From Candidatus Marinacidobacterales bacterium (GTDB taxonomy: Bacteria; Acidobacteriota; Vicinamibacteria; Marinacidobacterales; DATDRI01): 64,000 nucleotides of DNA. A program made the position numbers and the translations under genes. The notes under the pieces were generated by a model. The model had not been told where the DNA came from, did no database searches, and saw nothing but the letters and a program-made list of their open reading frames with translations. This document shows positions 43,312-53,940 of this stretch, one piece after another (positions within the stretch are counted from its first letter, which is position 1; every line of letters begins with the position of its first letter). The stretch is taken from positions 3,456,001 to 3,520,000 of the forward strand of contig CBDCNP010000002.1 in the NCBI GenBank assembly GCA_965219415.1, in the 5' to 3' direction.

Positions 43312-44712
43312 GGTGATGTCTTAAGATTCCTGTCAAAGAAAAACGATGTATGGTTCCCCAAGCTCAAACCCGTCCCCGTCATGGGGACAGAAAAGGAGAA
43401 CCATACATCATGGGAAAGGTACTACCGAGTCAGCGATTGCTCAAGCAGTTCGAGGAACAACTGGTATTTGGGGAGATGAATCTCTCGGAGATCGTCCGGT
43501 CGGGAGCTCAGATGATGCTTCAATATGCGTTGGAGCGCGAGGTGACGGAGGCGTTGGGTCGAAACTACTATGAGAACGCTCCGGCAACGACGAAGGAGAA
43601 GGGACGACGCAACGGGTATGAGTCGCATCGGGTCCTCACGGGCGAGGGAGCGGTGACGGTGCAAGTGCCGCGGGTACGAGAAACAGAGAAGGTGTTTCAG
43701 TCAAAGATTCTCGACGCCTACGTGAGCCGGACCGAGAAACTCGATGAACTGATCGCGCGGATGTACGTCCACGGGATGTCGACGCGTGACATTGAGGCGA
43801 CGTTCGCGGACGTGCTGAGCGGCACGGGTGTCTCGAAGTCGGTGGTGAGCCGGGTCACACGGTGTCTGTCGGAGGATTTCGAGGCGTTTCGAAAAACGGG
43901 ATCTCTCGAACGAGAAGCTGTTGTATCTCGAGCTCGACGGCACGTACCTGCGCTACCACCAAGGAGCGGAGAGGAAAGAGCCCATCCTCGTTGCGACCGG
44001 CTATCGCGCTGATGGGACGCGAGTTCTTCTTCATATCGGTGTCGGCAACCGAGAATCCTACGAGAACTGGAAGGGGTTCTTGCAGGAGATAGTGGCCCGA
44101 GGAATGAGGGAGCCGTTGCTCATCGTGACGGACGGGAATCCTGGAGTGCTCAAAGCGATCGCAGAGGTCTTCCCTCGAAGCCTCAAGCAACGTTGCCAGA
44201 AGCACCGCCTCGAGAACATCCTGGGCAAGGCTCCGAAGGAAGTGCGCGACGAACTCAAGGCGGCCATCCTTGAGTCGTTCCATGCGAACAGCTACGAGCA
44301 AGGGCTGAAGAAGGGTCGGGAGGTGATCGCTCGGTACCGTCAACGATTCCCGAGCGCGATGAAGTGCATGGAAGAGACCCTCGAAGCATGTCTTCAGGCG
44401 CTACGCCTTCCTGCGGCGCATCACAAAAGGCTTCGCACGTCGAATCTACTTGAGCGCACGTTCGGAGAGCACAAACGTCGCACAAAGGTCATTCCTCACT
44501 TCTTCACCGAGGAGGCCGCGATGAAACTCTCGTTCGCTGTGCTCTTGGCCGCCGCAAACAAATGGCGCGGCGTGAGGATGGATGTCTTCGCCGCTAGGAA
44601 AGTCGAGGAGCTTCGCAACGAGCTTCTCCCGCAAGGCACGTCGGAGGAATCAGCAGCTTAACCGAGCGCGGGGAACCGTACGGAGATTTGACAGGAAAAT
44701 TAAGACTTGACC
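43312..44712 (+). mobile_element. IS256-family element with 8-bp TSD AAATAGAA
   Basis: Imperfect IRs GGTGATGTCTTAAGATTCCTGTCAA / TTGACAGGAAAATTAAGACTTGACC; TSD at 43304-43311 and 44713-44720. Confidence 0.92.
43409..44661 (+). CDS. IS256 transposase with frameshift at ~43895
   Basis: RNGY, GMSTRD, YLELDG, TDG, QRC, RTSNLLER. Confidence 0.85.
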
Positions 44713-45000
44713 AAATAGAAGACGAGGGGGTCGTTGGCATCTCCCGCCACCGCAACGACACGTCCCCCGCGGTACGGTCCCACGAACCGCCACTCGAGGG
44801 CCGAAAGAAAGCTGGTATCCGCGCTCGGATACTCAGTGGGGACGACTAGGCCCATTCCCTCGCCAGCACTAGAGTCATCGGGGAATCCAAACAAGACAAG
44901 GAGGGCAACAACCGTAGTGGAGAACATCCTTAAGCCGACTCGGGTGACACGGTAAATCGCATTCATCGCCATCTCCATTCGCCAGTGTATAGAAGCCAGG

Positions 45001-45166
45001 GGTGCTTCCGCCATTAAGTGTTGGTGAGATGACGCTAATACCTTACGCTGCATTAACTTACAGTCAAAATAGCGCTCGCAACCTTCGCTGCGCGCTAAAT
45101 GGAGCGTAAGCGCCTCTTTTGCAAAGGGATGCGCACACATCACCAACAGTAAATAGCGCAAGCACC
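45001..45166. mobile_element. 166-bp IS1-type MITE
   Basis: Same family. Confidence 0.85.
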
Positions 45167-45203
45167 CACGACGGTGCCGAGTCGTCGCTGTCTCGGTGCA
45201 GTG

Positions 45204-45704
45204 TCAGCTGATTGCCTCCGCGGCAAGAACAAAGGCTTCCTGAATGGCTTTACCGGCGGCACCGTGGTCCTCCATCACTACGTCGAGGAACTCGCTAAAG
45301 CCGTCAGGATCTAAATCCAGTCCATTGTGCAAGGCCAGAAAGCCCAGCGTGAGGCGACTATTAACGTGCTTGGGACCTTGCCCCTCTGCCAGCGTCACAT
45401 CATCTCTGTCTTCGGCCAGTTCGTTCAACCCTCTCTCGATCACTTCTTCATCAACGTGGAAGGCTACTTGGTTCCTCATTCGTCGATACTCTTTGTTCTC
45501 CAATCGTCGTTCTAGGTCGCACAGTGTGATCCACGGACCGCTCTCGGGGTCGAGTCGGTTACACCTTTCGAGCGCGCTACGAAGATGCTGAATCGCATGA
45601 GCCAACTCACGGAGCGTCCCAACCGTGAACCACAGTAGGGTGTTGAGATCCCGTGTGTAAACCACAGAGTTGGGTCCGTGGTGCTGCTCGCTCGTGTTGT
45701 ACAT
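45204..45704 (-). CDS. Hypothetical helical protein, possible HEPN-like R-x4-H (RNQVAFH, spacing imperfect)
   Basis: ORF between inverted MITEs; motif-level guess only. Confidence 0.45.
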   Translation of the reverse strand: MYNTSEQHHGPNSVVYTRDLNTLLWFTVGTLRELAHAIQHLRSALERCNRLDPESGPWITLCDLERRLENKEYRRMRNQVAFHVDEEVIERGLNELAEDRDDVTLAEGQGPKHVNSRLTLGFLALHNGLDLDPDGFSEFLDVVMEDHGAAGKAIQEAFVLAAEAIS

Positions 45705-46008
45705 TGTCAGAATCGTCGTGCTCGTAAAGCGCTCGCCGACGAAGCCGCCGCGTGCTCCGATTCCAGGGATGCCGCAACTAATTTTGTGGAGAAAGAACGG
45801 CGCACCCCTCCGTCACTGTGACGGTATCAGATCAAGCGGTGACCTCGCTTGAACTGAGAACGGCGAGGTTTCGATAGCCGTCGATATGGCGCAGTCGGAC
45901 CTCAACTGCGCGTCCGCTTCCGTGGGCACGTTTGGCGTTCGTGGACCGCTGAAGACAGCAGTGGGCTTACTTTAGCAAATGCCCCGCAGGATCCTGGCAG
46001 GATTCCCA

Positions 46009-46174
46009 GGTGCTTCCGCTGTTTACTGTTGGTGATGTGTACGCATCCCTTTGCAAAAGGGGCACTTACGCTCCATTTAGCGCGCGGCGAAGGTCACAAG
46101 CGCTATTTTGACTGTAACTTAATGCACCGTAAAGTCTTAGCGTCATCTCACCAACACTTGATGGCGGAAGCACC
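46009..46174. mobile_element. 166-bp IS1-type MITE (inverted)
   Basis: Reverse complement of the family. Confidence 0.85.
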
Positions 46175-46426
46175 GCACAGGACGGGGTTCTTGAGCAGAA
46201 TATCGAGTCGCCCACCAGAGCTTACGGCGCACTCCTTCGTCTATCGCCTCTGGCCAGATTCAACTACGGCGCATCGACGGCTACCAAGGTCTGAGCGAGG
46301 TTCTCGCACACGCGGAGGTTGCCGCCTGATCTGATACCCTGATGACGGAGTGGAGGGCACCGTTCTTTTTCCACGAACATCGGGACACATCCTGGTCCAC
46401 TTGACGGGGAAGCTTATAATAGCGGC

Positions 46427-47446
46427 ATGGCCACCGCAGAGCAACGCTCCGAGCAACTAGAGGCCGTTGGCCAGAAGCTCATGGAACTCGTCGCGCTGGA
46501 CCCAAGAGCACTCGCCAGGACAACCGACCTCTCTCCTGACATCAACTTCAAGGCGGCAGTGCCGCACTTCGAGGAGATGCTCGACGTTTGCAAGCAGTTG
46601 AGCGAAAGAGACCTGTCACGGCTGACTCACGAGCGGCTCAGCGCGATTTTCAGTGCCTGCGACCAATTGTCGAATCTGATCAAGCAAGTCCAGGAGTTCA
46701 CGCTCAACCAAAACACTCCTGGGGATGTGTGCAAGAACATCGTGGCGTCGGTAGCTGATTCGTACGACGCAGTCATGGATCCCCTGTTGCTCCCCTTGGC
46801 CTTTACGGCTACCCAGGCGACGGACTACGCCAAGATTGAGCGCGAAGCGAAGGGCTATCACGCAACCATGCAGAAGGAGGCGGAAGCACTATCGAGTTTC
46901 ATTGGCAACGCACGGACAGAGGCCGAACGAGCGCTGGCAGCAGTCAAGGAGCAGGCAGCGGAGGCGGGTGTGTCTACCAACGCTCAGATCTTTGTGGGTG
47001 TTGCCAAACAGCATCAAGCCGCGTCGGGCATATGGCTGAGGGCCACCATCATCATGGCTGTCGCCACCTTCCTCGCCGCCGTGGCAGCCCTGATCACTGC
47101 GTTCCTCTACCAGCCACCAGACACGGCTGCCACGATTCAATATGTTGTCGCCAAGTTGCTAGTGATCTCGACGCTGTCGTTCGGAGTGCTGTGGTGCGCT
47201 AGAAACTACCGCGCGGAAAGACACAATGAAACGTTGAATAAGCATCGGGCCAATGCCCTGATGACGTTCAGGGCCTTCGTCGAAGGGACGGCGGACAATC
47301 GCGTCAAGGACGCCATCTTGCTGCAGGCAGCACAGGCGGCGTTCTCAGGGCGCCCCACGGGGTTTGATTCACCTGAGAAGGATTCGCCGACCATCAATCC
47401 GGTCGTCGAGATCCTCGGCAAGTCGTTGTCGAAGTCCGGCGAGTAG
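46427..47446 (+). CDS. Hypothetical coiled-coil plus 2-TM membrane protein
   Basis: Clean 339-aa ORF; TTGACG and TATAAT hexamers just upstream (short spacing). Confidence 0.75.
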   Translation: MATAEQRSEQLEAVGQKLMELVALDPRALARTTDLSPDINFKAAVPHFEEMLDVCKQLSERDLSRLTHERLSAIFSACDQLSNLIKQVQEFTLNQNTPGDVCKNIVASVADSYDAVMDPLLLPLAFTATQATDYAKIEREAKGYHATMQKEAEALSSFIGNARTEAERALAAVKEQAAEAGVSTNAQIFVGVAKQHQAASGIWLRATIIMAVATFLAAVAALITAFLYQPPDTAATIQYVVAKLLVISTLSFGVLWCARNYRAERHNETLNKHRANALMTFRAFVEGTADNRVKDAILLQAAQAAFSGRPTGFDSPEKDSPTINPVVEILGKSLSKSGE

Positions 47447-47848
47447 GCGGAAACCTGACGGTGCTTCTCGTTCAGACGCGAACAGATCGTGCGACTCTAG
47501 GTAAAGCCATGGCCCGACACCGTACCTATCTCGAGACGATCAGGGGCTGGAGAGCCCGGATCAGCCGCGAGCCGACCATTTCCAATGAACTCGCTGCGGA
47601 GGAAGGCAGCAACGGCGGGCAGGACTAGATCGGCGTAAGCCTTGGCTTTTTGTGGCGCTCTTCTTATTCCACTACAACAGGCCGATTCTTGGATTGCCCA
47701 AAGACTTTCCGATAATTCGGGAGGCAGGTACACTCTCTTGCCCGCTCGCTGCCGAGGAAATCAATAATGTATTCGGTGCTTTCGACGGGGACGCGCATCC
47801 TCCCATCGCGAAGCGCTAGATACAGAGCGCCGATCGCAGAAGTGTCCC

Positions 47849-48018
47849 CGTCCTGTGCCAAAACTCGGCCCTTTTGAAATAAACCACAAATCAGCAGCTT
47901 AGACGCCCTTGGAATCCGCGCAGAATCCAGGGTATTTCGCGCCGCAGGGCTGACTTCCGACCCATGGGCTGGCGGATGAATAAATAGAAGGCACAGCCGA
48001 GTTTTGGCACAGGACGGG
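47849..48018. mobile_element. Hybrid A-B MITE copy 3 abutting an inverted A end
   Basis: Matches 1299-1445, then GCCGAGTTTTGGCACAGGACGGG. Confidence 0.75.
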
Positions 48019-49473
48019 ATGCCCCGCCGCCGAGAGCGTCTTCTGAATTCTCCGCAGAAAATCGGGTGATTTCAGCATTTCGCTACTAAAGTGAGGATCG
48101 GAGGGGAGCACCAAGTCGCATACACGTCCATTTTTATCCAGTTTGTAGAGTATGACAGTGGCTTGTCTATCGGGAGCCTTTCCTTCGTGAGCTTCTCCTT
48201 TTGCTTGTGCCCCCCACCTCTCGGGGAACCGCCGCGCGAGCAGCCACATCGAAGCCTCCGCCTTCGGCGGGCTAAACTTCGACACGATCGTAGCGTACTT
48301 GACCTTCCCGTCTTTCAACTGGCCGTTTAGAATTTCGCCGCCCTTGTATTTCACCGTCTGCTGGATAATCTTGCTCTCCCCGAGGGCGCTCCGCTCGATG
48401 TTATCGAGGTGAACCAATTCGAAGTGTACCAGGGCCTTTCGGACGGACTCGTAAAATTCACGAAATAGGCTGCTCTCTACCTTCCCACGTGCGAGCCACC
48501 TGCAAAGTGTCTCTGGGGTTATGCCAGCGGACTGCGCTGCATCCTTATAGCTCATCCCTGCTCGAACGCACCCGAGGATCTTCTCTTGGCGCTCGGGGGT
48601 GAGTTTAGTTTTCCGCCCAGCCATGCTTGGGGGAATCTTAAAATTCACGGAATTGTCCGCTCTTGGCCTCTTTCCTGGCAATTGCGCAGTTTTATTCTCC
48701 CCCATTCGGCGCACACGTCCATTATCCGGTAGGAGCCAAATGACGGTGGGTTGTCTATCGCGAGCCTCTCCTTCGTGAGCTTCTCCTCTTGCTCGTGGCC
48801 CCCACCTATCGGGGAACCGCCGCGCGAGCAGCCACGCCGACCTCTTCCAGTTCCGCGGGCGAGACTTCGTCGCGGTCGTAGCGTACTTGACCTTCCCGTC
48901 TTTCAACTGGCCGTTTAGGATTTCGCCGACCTCGTATCTCAGCGTCTGCCGGGTGATCTTGCTCTCCCCGAGGGCGCTCCGCTCGATGTTCTTGAGGTGA
49001 ACCCATTCGAAGTCTGCCAGGGCCTCCTGGACGGACTCGTAAAATTCATGAAATAGGCCGCTCTCTACCTTCCCACGTGCGATCCACCTGCAAAGTGTCT
49101 CTAGGGCTATGCCAGCAGACTCCGCTGCCGCCTTATAGGTCATCCCTGCTCGAACGCACTTGAGGATCTTCTCTTGGCGCTCGGGGGTGAGTTTGGTTTT
49201 CCGCCCAGCCATTATTGGAATTCTACCATTAGGTTTCGCTCTTGATAAAATGACGATATAGGCCACTCTTGGCCTGCTCCCCACGCGCGAAACAGGCGTA
49301 GAACTTGGCCTTATTGACGCCTGCGACGTCTGCGACCTACCCCCGGCATCCTTAGCCAGAACGCACTCCCGGATGGTTTTTTGGCGCTCGGGGGTCACTT
49401 TGTGTCCATTATTCTCTGTGAACTCCCTGTTTTTCACGGTTACCAGCCGAGACCGGATAGCTCCAAACTGCAC
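48019..49473 (-). CDS. Tandemly duplicated HTH / phage terminase small-subunit-like protein, 3'-truncated by end A
   Basis: Two MAGRKTKLTPERQEKIL...AGI..ETLCRW...WLLARRFPxRWG units in one frame. Confidence 0.55.
48165..49212. repeat. Diverged direct duplication with ~588-bp period
   Basis: 48165-48624 versus 48753-49212. Confidence 0.85.
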
Positions 49474-49892
49474 TATCCGCCAACTAGTCTGGCCAATTGT
49501 GGCACTGCAGAGACGGGTGAGATTTTCCGCGCGGTTGGCGGGGTTTTGCAGGGGTAGGTGTCACTAGAGACGCGCTAGAAGGGCTGAACTGGCCTCATTT
49601 TCGGGATTCGTCTCTAATCTTGATTTTCGAGTGCCACGTTTGCGCCCAATAGGAGAACCGGCGCTGACCGGGCCGTGCGGCGGCGGAAGAGAGGCCGCCC
49701 GAAAGGCCCAGAATCGAGACCTGGGCTACCGCAGCGTAGCGGGCTAGCACGTTCTGGTCCAGGTGGGCCTGGACCTCCTTAGTGTCCTTACTTGCCTCGG
49801 ATTCGGCCTCAATCAGGGTCCGGCAATGCTTGAGAGGGTACTCGCGCACCCTCCATCGTCAGCCAGCTCGGGAGCCCGAGCCCCCGCACCTC

Positions 49893-50577
49893 CTACGCGG
49901 CCTTGTAGGTGATCGCGAAGATCGTGTCCGTCAGCCACCGCCGGAACGACTCGTTGTCGCTGAACTGCTTGAACAACTCCGTGTCGTCCTGCAGCAGCGC
50001 CGTCATCACCCGCCGGAGCGCCTTGTCGTGCTCGATCCGCGCGTTCTGCTTGTCGGAGTTCTGCTTGGCGTTCTGGTAGGCGCGGTCGGCCGCCACGCGG
50101 TTCGGAATTTCTTCCGTGATGAGTCGGTGGATGCGGTCGCCGTCGGTCCAGGGGATGTTCCCGAACTGGTCGTTGAAGCTCTTGAGGATGTTCGAGAGGC
50201 GGTCGAGTTCGGGGTCCGGTCTGTGGCCGCCGCCGTTAGTCGGAAACGGCTGGATCTCAGCATCCTCGTCCGCCAGTTGGACGTGTATCACCGCCTTCTT
50301 CTCTACCCGGTAGCTGTCCATGTCGATGGACTCAAGGATGCCTTTAGACAGATCCTCTTCCACGGGCGCGGGGAGCTTCTGCACGAGGAAGTTCAGGAAG
50401 ATAGAGAGCTTCTCCCACTCGGCGTGCGTGTACGGCAGGATTGAAGCGAGGAAGCCGTACGCGCGCTCGAACGCCTTGGCCTTGCCCTTGAAGTCCACCT
50501 GCCCGTCCTCGTCGAGCCGCTCCTTGTAGACCGTGACGCAGGCGTCGAGGATTGGGTCGAGCTGGTCGCGGTCGGCC
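49893..50577 (-). pseudogene. hsdR: Type I RM HsdR C-terminal fragment
   Basis: QVDFKGKAKAF, ILESIDMDSYR, FNDQFGNIPW, ELFKQFSDNESFRRWL. Confidence 0.85.
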
Positions 50578-51854
50578 TGTCCATCATCATTATTAATCCG
50601 AGACTGGACTCTAGGGCCCAGACCGCCCTCGAGCACATGCTGGTCAGCGCGCGAGGGAAGGTGCTGAGGACGAACTTCTCGGCGACCAGCCGAGTAACGC
50701 GAGCGACCAAGCTGACTCAGGCTGCCTCTCGCCACTCGTATCGATGGTGCAGTCCACCGACTCGCGGCAGTGCGACTACTTTCGCCGTAGGAGACGGTCG
50801 GTGCGTGACCGTTCTCAAGCTCGGTGTGTCCTTGTTCAGCCCCAAGTGGCAACGGTCCTCATGATAGTAGCTGATGTAAGCTCGCACGAGCCGGATGAGA
50901 TGACATGCACCGAGAACCACGACGCGCTCAAGGAGCTCGCGACGGCAGCTGCCGACCCACCGCTCCGCGGTTCCGTTTTGCCATGGGCTGCGAAACGAAG
51001 TGCGAACGGGTTTTGTGCCCGTTGCCTTGATGAACTCGATGACCGCAGCGTTAAAGATGAAGTCGCGATCGAAGATGAGATATTTCGGAGCGGTGTCGTA
51101 GGGAAACGCCTCGCGTAGTTGCTGAATAACCCAAGCAGACGTCGGGTGGAACGTGGCGTTGAAGTGAACGATGTGCCGGCGACCGTGCTCGATGACGAAG
51201 AAGCCGTACAGCAGCCGGAGCGAAGCGGTGGGCACGGTGAACAGATCCATGGCGGCGATATCGTCTTTATGGTTGCGCAAGAAAGCCATCCATCGTTTCA
51301 GCTGGTCGGGCTCCGCGGGACGCCGCGGCAGGTATCGCGACACCGTGCTCTCGGAGATGATGAAACCGAGCTTGGTGAGCTCAGCATGGATGCGTGGCGC
51401 CCCCCAGCCGTCTTGCGCCATCGTGCGGACGAGGCGACGAATCTCGGCATCAATCCGAGGCCGACCGGGATGGCAGCGCTGCGAGATCTTTGCCCAGTAC
51501 CGTCGGAATCGGTCGCGATGCCAACGGGCTACGGTGTCCGCGTGGACGATGAGCAGGCGGCTCGCCCACACGGGCCACGAACCTCGAAGGGCAACCCAGA
51601 AAGCCCGTTCCGTGTCGTCGAGCGGTGGGCGTGGGCGCTCTTTCTTCAGCGCCGTCACTTGCTGCCGCAAAGCGACGTTCTCCAACACCAGGTCGGCGCG
51701 GCGCCGACACATCGCCCGAATGGCACGGACGCCAAGTGAGACGAGGAAGACAACAACGTTGAGCATAGCGGCGGAGTTTCGCCGTCTTCGGCCCGGAATT
51801 CAAGCGGAGCGTAAGTCCTTGATTTCGTGGGCGGAGCAGTTTTGACGATGCACA
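50578..51854 (-). mobile_element. Complete IS481-like element (type C), ~1.28 kb
   Basis: IRs TGTCCATCATCA / TGTGCATCGTCA; no TSD. Confidence 0.85.
50717..51766 (-). CDS. rve/integrase-core DDE transposase
   Basis: WGAPRIHAEL, AMDLFTV, LIFDRD, SPWQNGTAER, VGGLHHRY. Confidence 0.9.
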   Translation of the reverse strand: MLNVVVFLVSLGVRAIRAMCRRRADLVLENVALRQQVTALKKERPRPPLDDTERAFWVALRGSWPVWASRLLIVHADTVARWHRDRFRRYWAKISQRCHPGRPRIDAEIRRLVRTMAQDGWGAPRIHAELTKLGFIISESTVSRYLPRRPAEPDQLKRWMAFLRNHKDDIAAMDLFTVPTASLRLLYGFFVIEHGRRHIVHFNATFHPTSAWVIQQLREAFPYDTAPKYLIFDRDFIFNAAVIEFIKATGTKPVRTSFRSPWQNGTAERWVGSCRRELLERVVVLGACHLIRLVRAYISYYHEDRCHLGLNKDTPSLRTVTHRPSPTAKVVALPRVGGLHHRYEWREAA

Positions 51855-52009
51855 GCCGAGTTTTGGCACAGGACGGGGACCGCAACCCGCTGACCCGGGT
51901 CTCGTGCTGGGCGCGCCGGCAGAGGTCGCGGCGCTCGTGTGCAGAAGCGCCTGCTTACAAGCTATTGGAATGGCGGGTCTTGAGTTCGTTCTTATTTTTG
52001 GACATGACG

Positions 52010-52183
52010 AGGCCGGTCTGACCACGCGACGGCTCCACCTTTCGAGACATCTTCTTGACGACAATGATTCCTTTGTGATCGCAGATCGAGGTTTTTCCTG
52101 CTCACTGGGGCCCGCAACCCGGTCTCTTCCGCACCTGTACCACTGCCCGCAGCCGCGTAGCAACATTTGATGACGGAAGCACC
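52010..52183 (+). mobile_element. Diverged IS1-family 3'-end fragment
   Basis: Similar to 54970-55140. Confidence 0.7.
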
Positions 52184-52294
52184 AGTCCGGGCAGCAGTCC
52201 GACCCGCGCGGTCTATCGGGCCTTGCGCGGCGTCCAGCACGGGCAGGCTCATTTCGTCCGGCTCGTCGATCCGGAGGCGCTGCGGGTGGGGCCG

Positions 52295-52324
52295 TTGACA
52301 ACCGCGGGCACCGTTAGATATGAT
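52295..52324 (+). promoter_or_regulatory. Sigma70 promoter
   Basis: TTGACA-18 bp-TATGAT. Confidence 0.7.
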
Positions 52325-52392
52325 AAGGTTGCGGTTGGGAGGGCTGCCTCGGCGGTCCGTTGGACTTCTGGTTCACCCGGCTGCTTTTTTTT
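52325..52392 (+). ncRNA. Putative DUF3800-associated structured RNA upstream of the gene
   Basis: P1 GCGGUUGGG/CCCGGCUGC, P2 GGGCUGC-CUCG-GCGGUCC, P3 UGGAC-UUCUG-GUUCA; several G-U pairs; ends in U8. Confidence 0.65.
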
Positions 52393-52401
52393 ATTCGACT
52401 G

Positions 52402-53169
52402 ATGCATCTCCTCTACCTCGACGACGCCGGCTCCGTTGGCAACGCTAAAGAACAGTATCTGGTCCTTGGCGGAGTATCCGTGTTCGAGGCGCAATCACAC
52501 TGGATCACTCAGGAACTGGATAAACTGGTAGAAAACATCAATCCTGGGGATCCGCACAGTGTCGAACTTCACGCTTCCGAAACCTACGCCCGCCGAAGTG
52601 CGCCGTGGAAAGGCATGACCCAGAGTGAAGCACGCGGCACGATCAAAGCTGTCCTTCAGGTGCTCCTAAAGTCATATGTCACATCCCGCGCGTTTGCCTG
52701 CGTCGTCCATAAGGCCTCGTTTCCGAATCAGGACCCAATGGAGATCGCGTTCGAGGATCTCTGCCAAAGATTCGACTTCTTCTTAAAGCGTCTACGCGCA
52801 GGAGGCGACACACAGCGGGGTCTTGTGATACTTGATAAAAGCACCTATGAGACCACACTTCAGCAGATGGCGGTTAAGTTTCGAACTCTGGGCACCCAGT
52901 GGAACATCATTCAAAACCTAGCTGATACGCCACTCTTCGTTAATTCTAAGGCATCTCGTATGATCCAGCTCGCCGACCATGTCGCCTACGCCGTATTTCG
53001 ACGATACGAGTCCGGCGACACACAATACCTTGACATCATCGCCAGTAAGTTCGATGCGGAAGACGGAAGAGTTCACGGTTTAGTCCACAAAGAGCGCGAC
53101 AATTCAAACTGCATGTGTTTCGCTTGCTTCAGCCGGCGACACCCTAGTGTTGGAAACCAAGGGATGTGA
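52402..53169 (+). CDS. DUF3800 family protein (RNase H-like fold)
   Basis: HLLYLDDAG, VELHA, LVILD, SKASRMIQLADHVAY. Confidence 0.87.
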   Translation: MHLLYLDDAGSVGNAKEQYLVLGGVSVFEAQSHWITQELDKLVENINPGDPHSVELHASETYARRSAPWKGMTQSEARGTIKAVLQVLLKSYVTSRAFACVVHKASFPNQDPMEIAFEDLCQRFDFFLKRLRAGGDTQRGLVILDKSTYETTLQQMAVKFRTLGTQWNIIQNLADTPLFVNSKASRMIQLADHVAYAVFRRYESGDTQYLDIIASKFDAEDGRVHGLVHKERDNSNCMCFACFSRRHPSVGNQGM

Positions 53170-53940
53170 CCTTGTCCAGGAAAAGTGGGCAGGTTGATTA
53201 TCTCGCATGAGTAGTTTTGAGATCATGAATCCGTTCGAACACCATTGGGTTGTTGTAATCGAGTGAGGAGTGGAATCGATACGGATTGTAGAACCCATCG
53301 TGTCCAAAAATACGAACGGAGCCCGAAAGCTCGAATCCTAGAGGCGTTCTCGAAATTCGCAGAGACCAGCCGACGCGGCACTCTAGCTCTCATTGCCAAC
53401 CAAGCCTAGGCACCTGTGCCTTCCATTTATTCATCCGCGCACCCGTCGTGTCCAATAATACAAACGAACCCAAGACCGGTGCGCCGGGACGTTTCGGATT
53501 AGAGGTGTCTAGACTTGGTTGGCAATGGGGGCTAAAATCCGCGGTCATGAACACGCCGACCCGGCTATGCTCCGCAAAAAATCGATCCAGCGGTACGCAA
53601 TCTTCTGTCTTGCGGGTCACAAGTCTCCATCATTTATTAGTGACACTCGACGCGCTGCTTGAGTCCGATCTGCCCGGAACCGCTGCGGGACTTCGCACCA
53701 AGTTACACCTCTACCACTGAGTAGAGCCGACGCCGGCCCTCAGAACGTCCTTCATAAAGACGACCAAAGCATCCTGGTTGCAGGCAGTTGCCAATCTCAT
53801 GCAGCTCGAGTTTATGGAAGGGGCCACCCTTCCAAATCAAAGGGCTAGAGATCCCGGTGCCCGCTTTGAACCATATGCATCCAACAAGTCTACGCCGTTT
53901 CCCCGTCCTGTGCCAAAACTCGGCCCTTTAGAAATAGACC

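Larger units (their letters stand above)
40408..44978 (-). pseudogene. VPS10/BNR-repeat glycosyl hydrolase-like protein disrupted by IS256
   Basis: LEWRFVGPYRGGRVVAVAG at the 5' end, multiple SxDGGxTW Asp-boxes, ATHGRGFW; the reading frame is restored by removing the IS. Confidence 0.88.
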
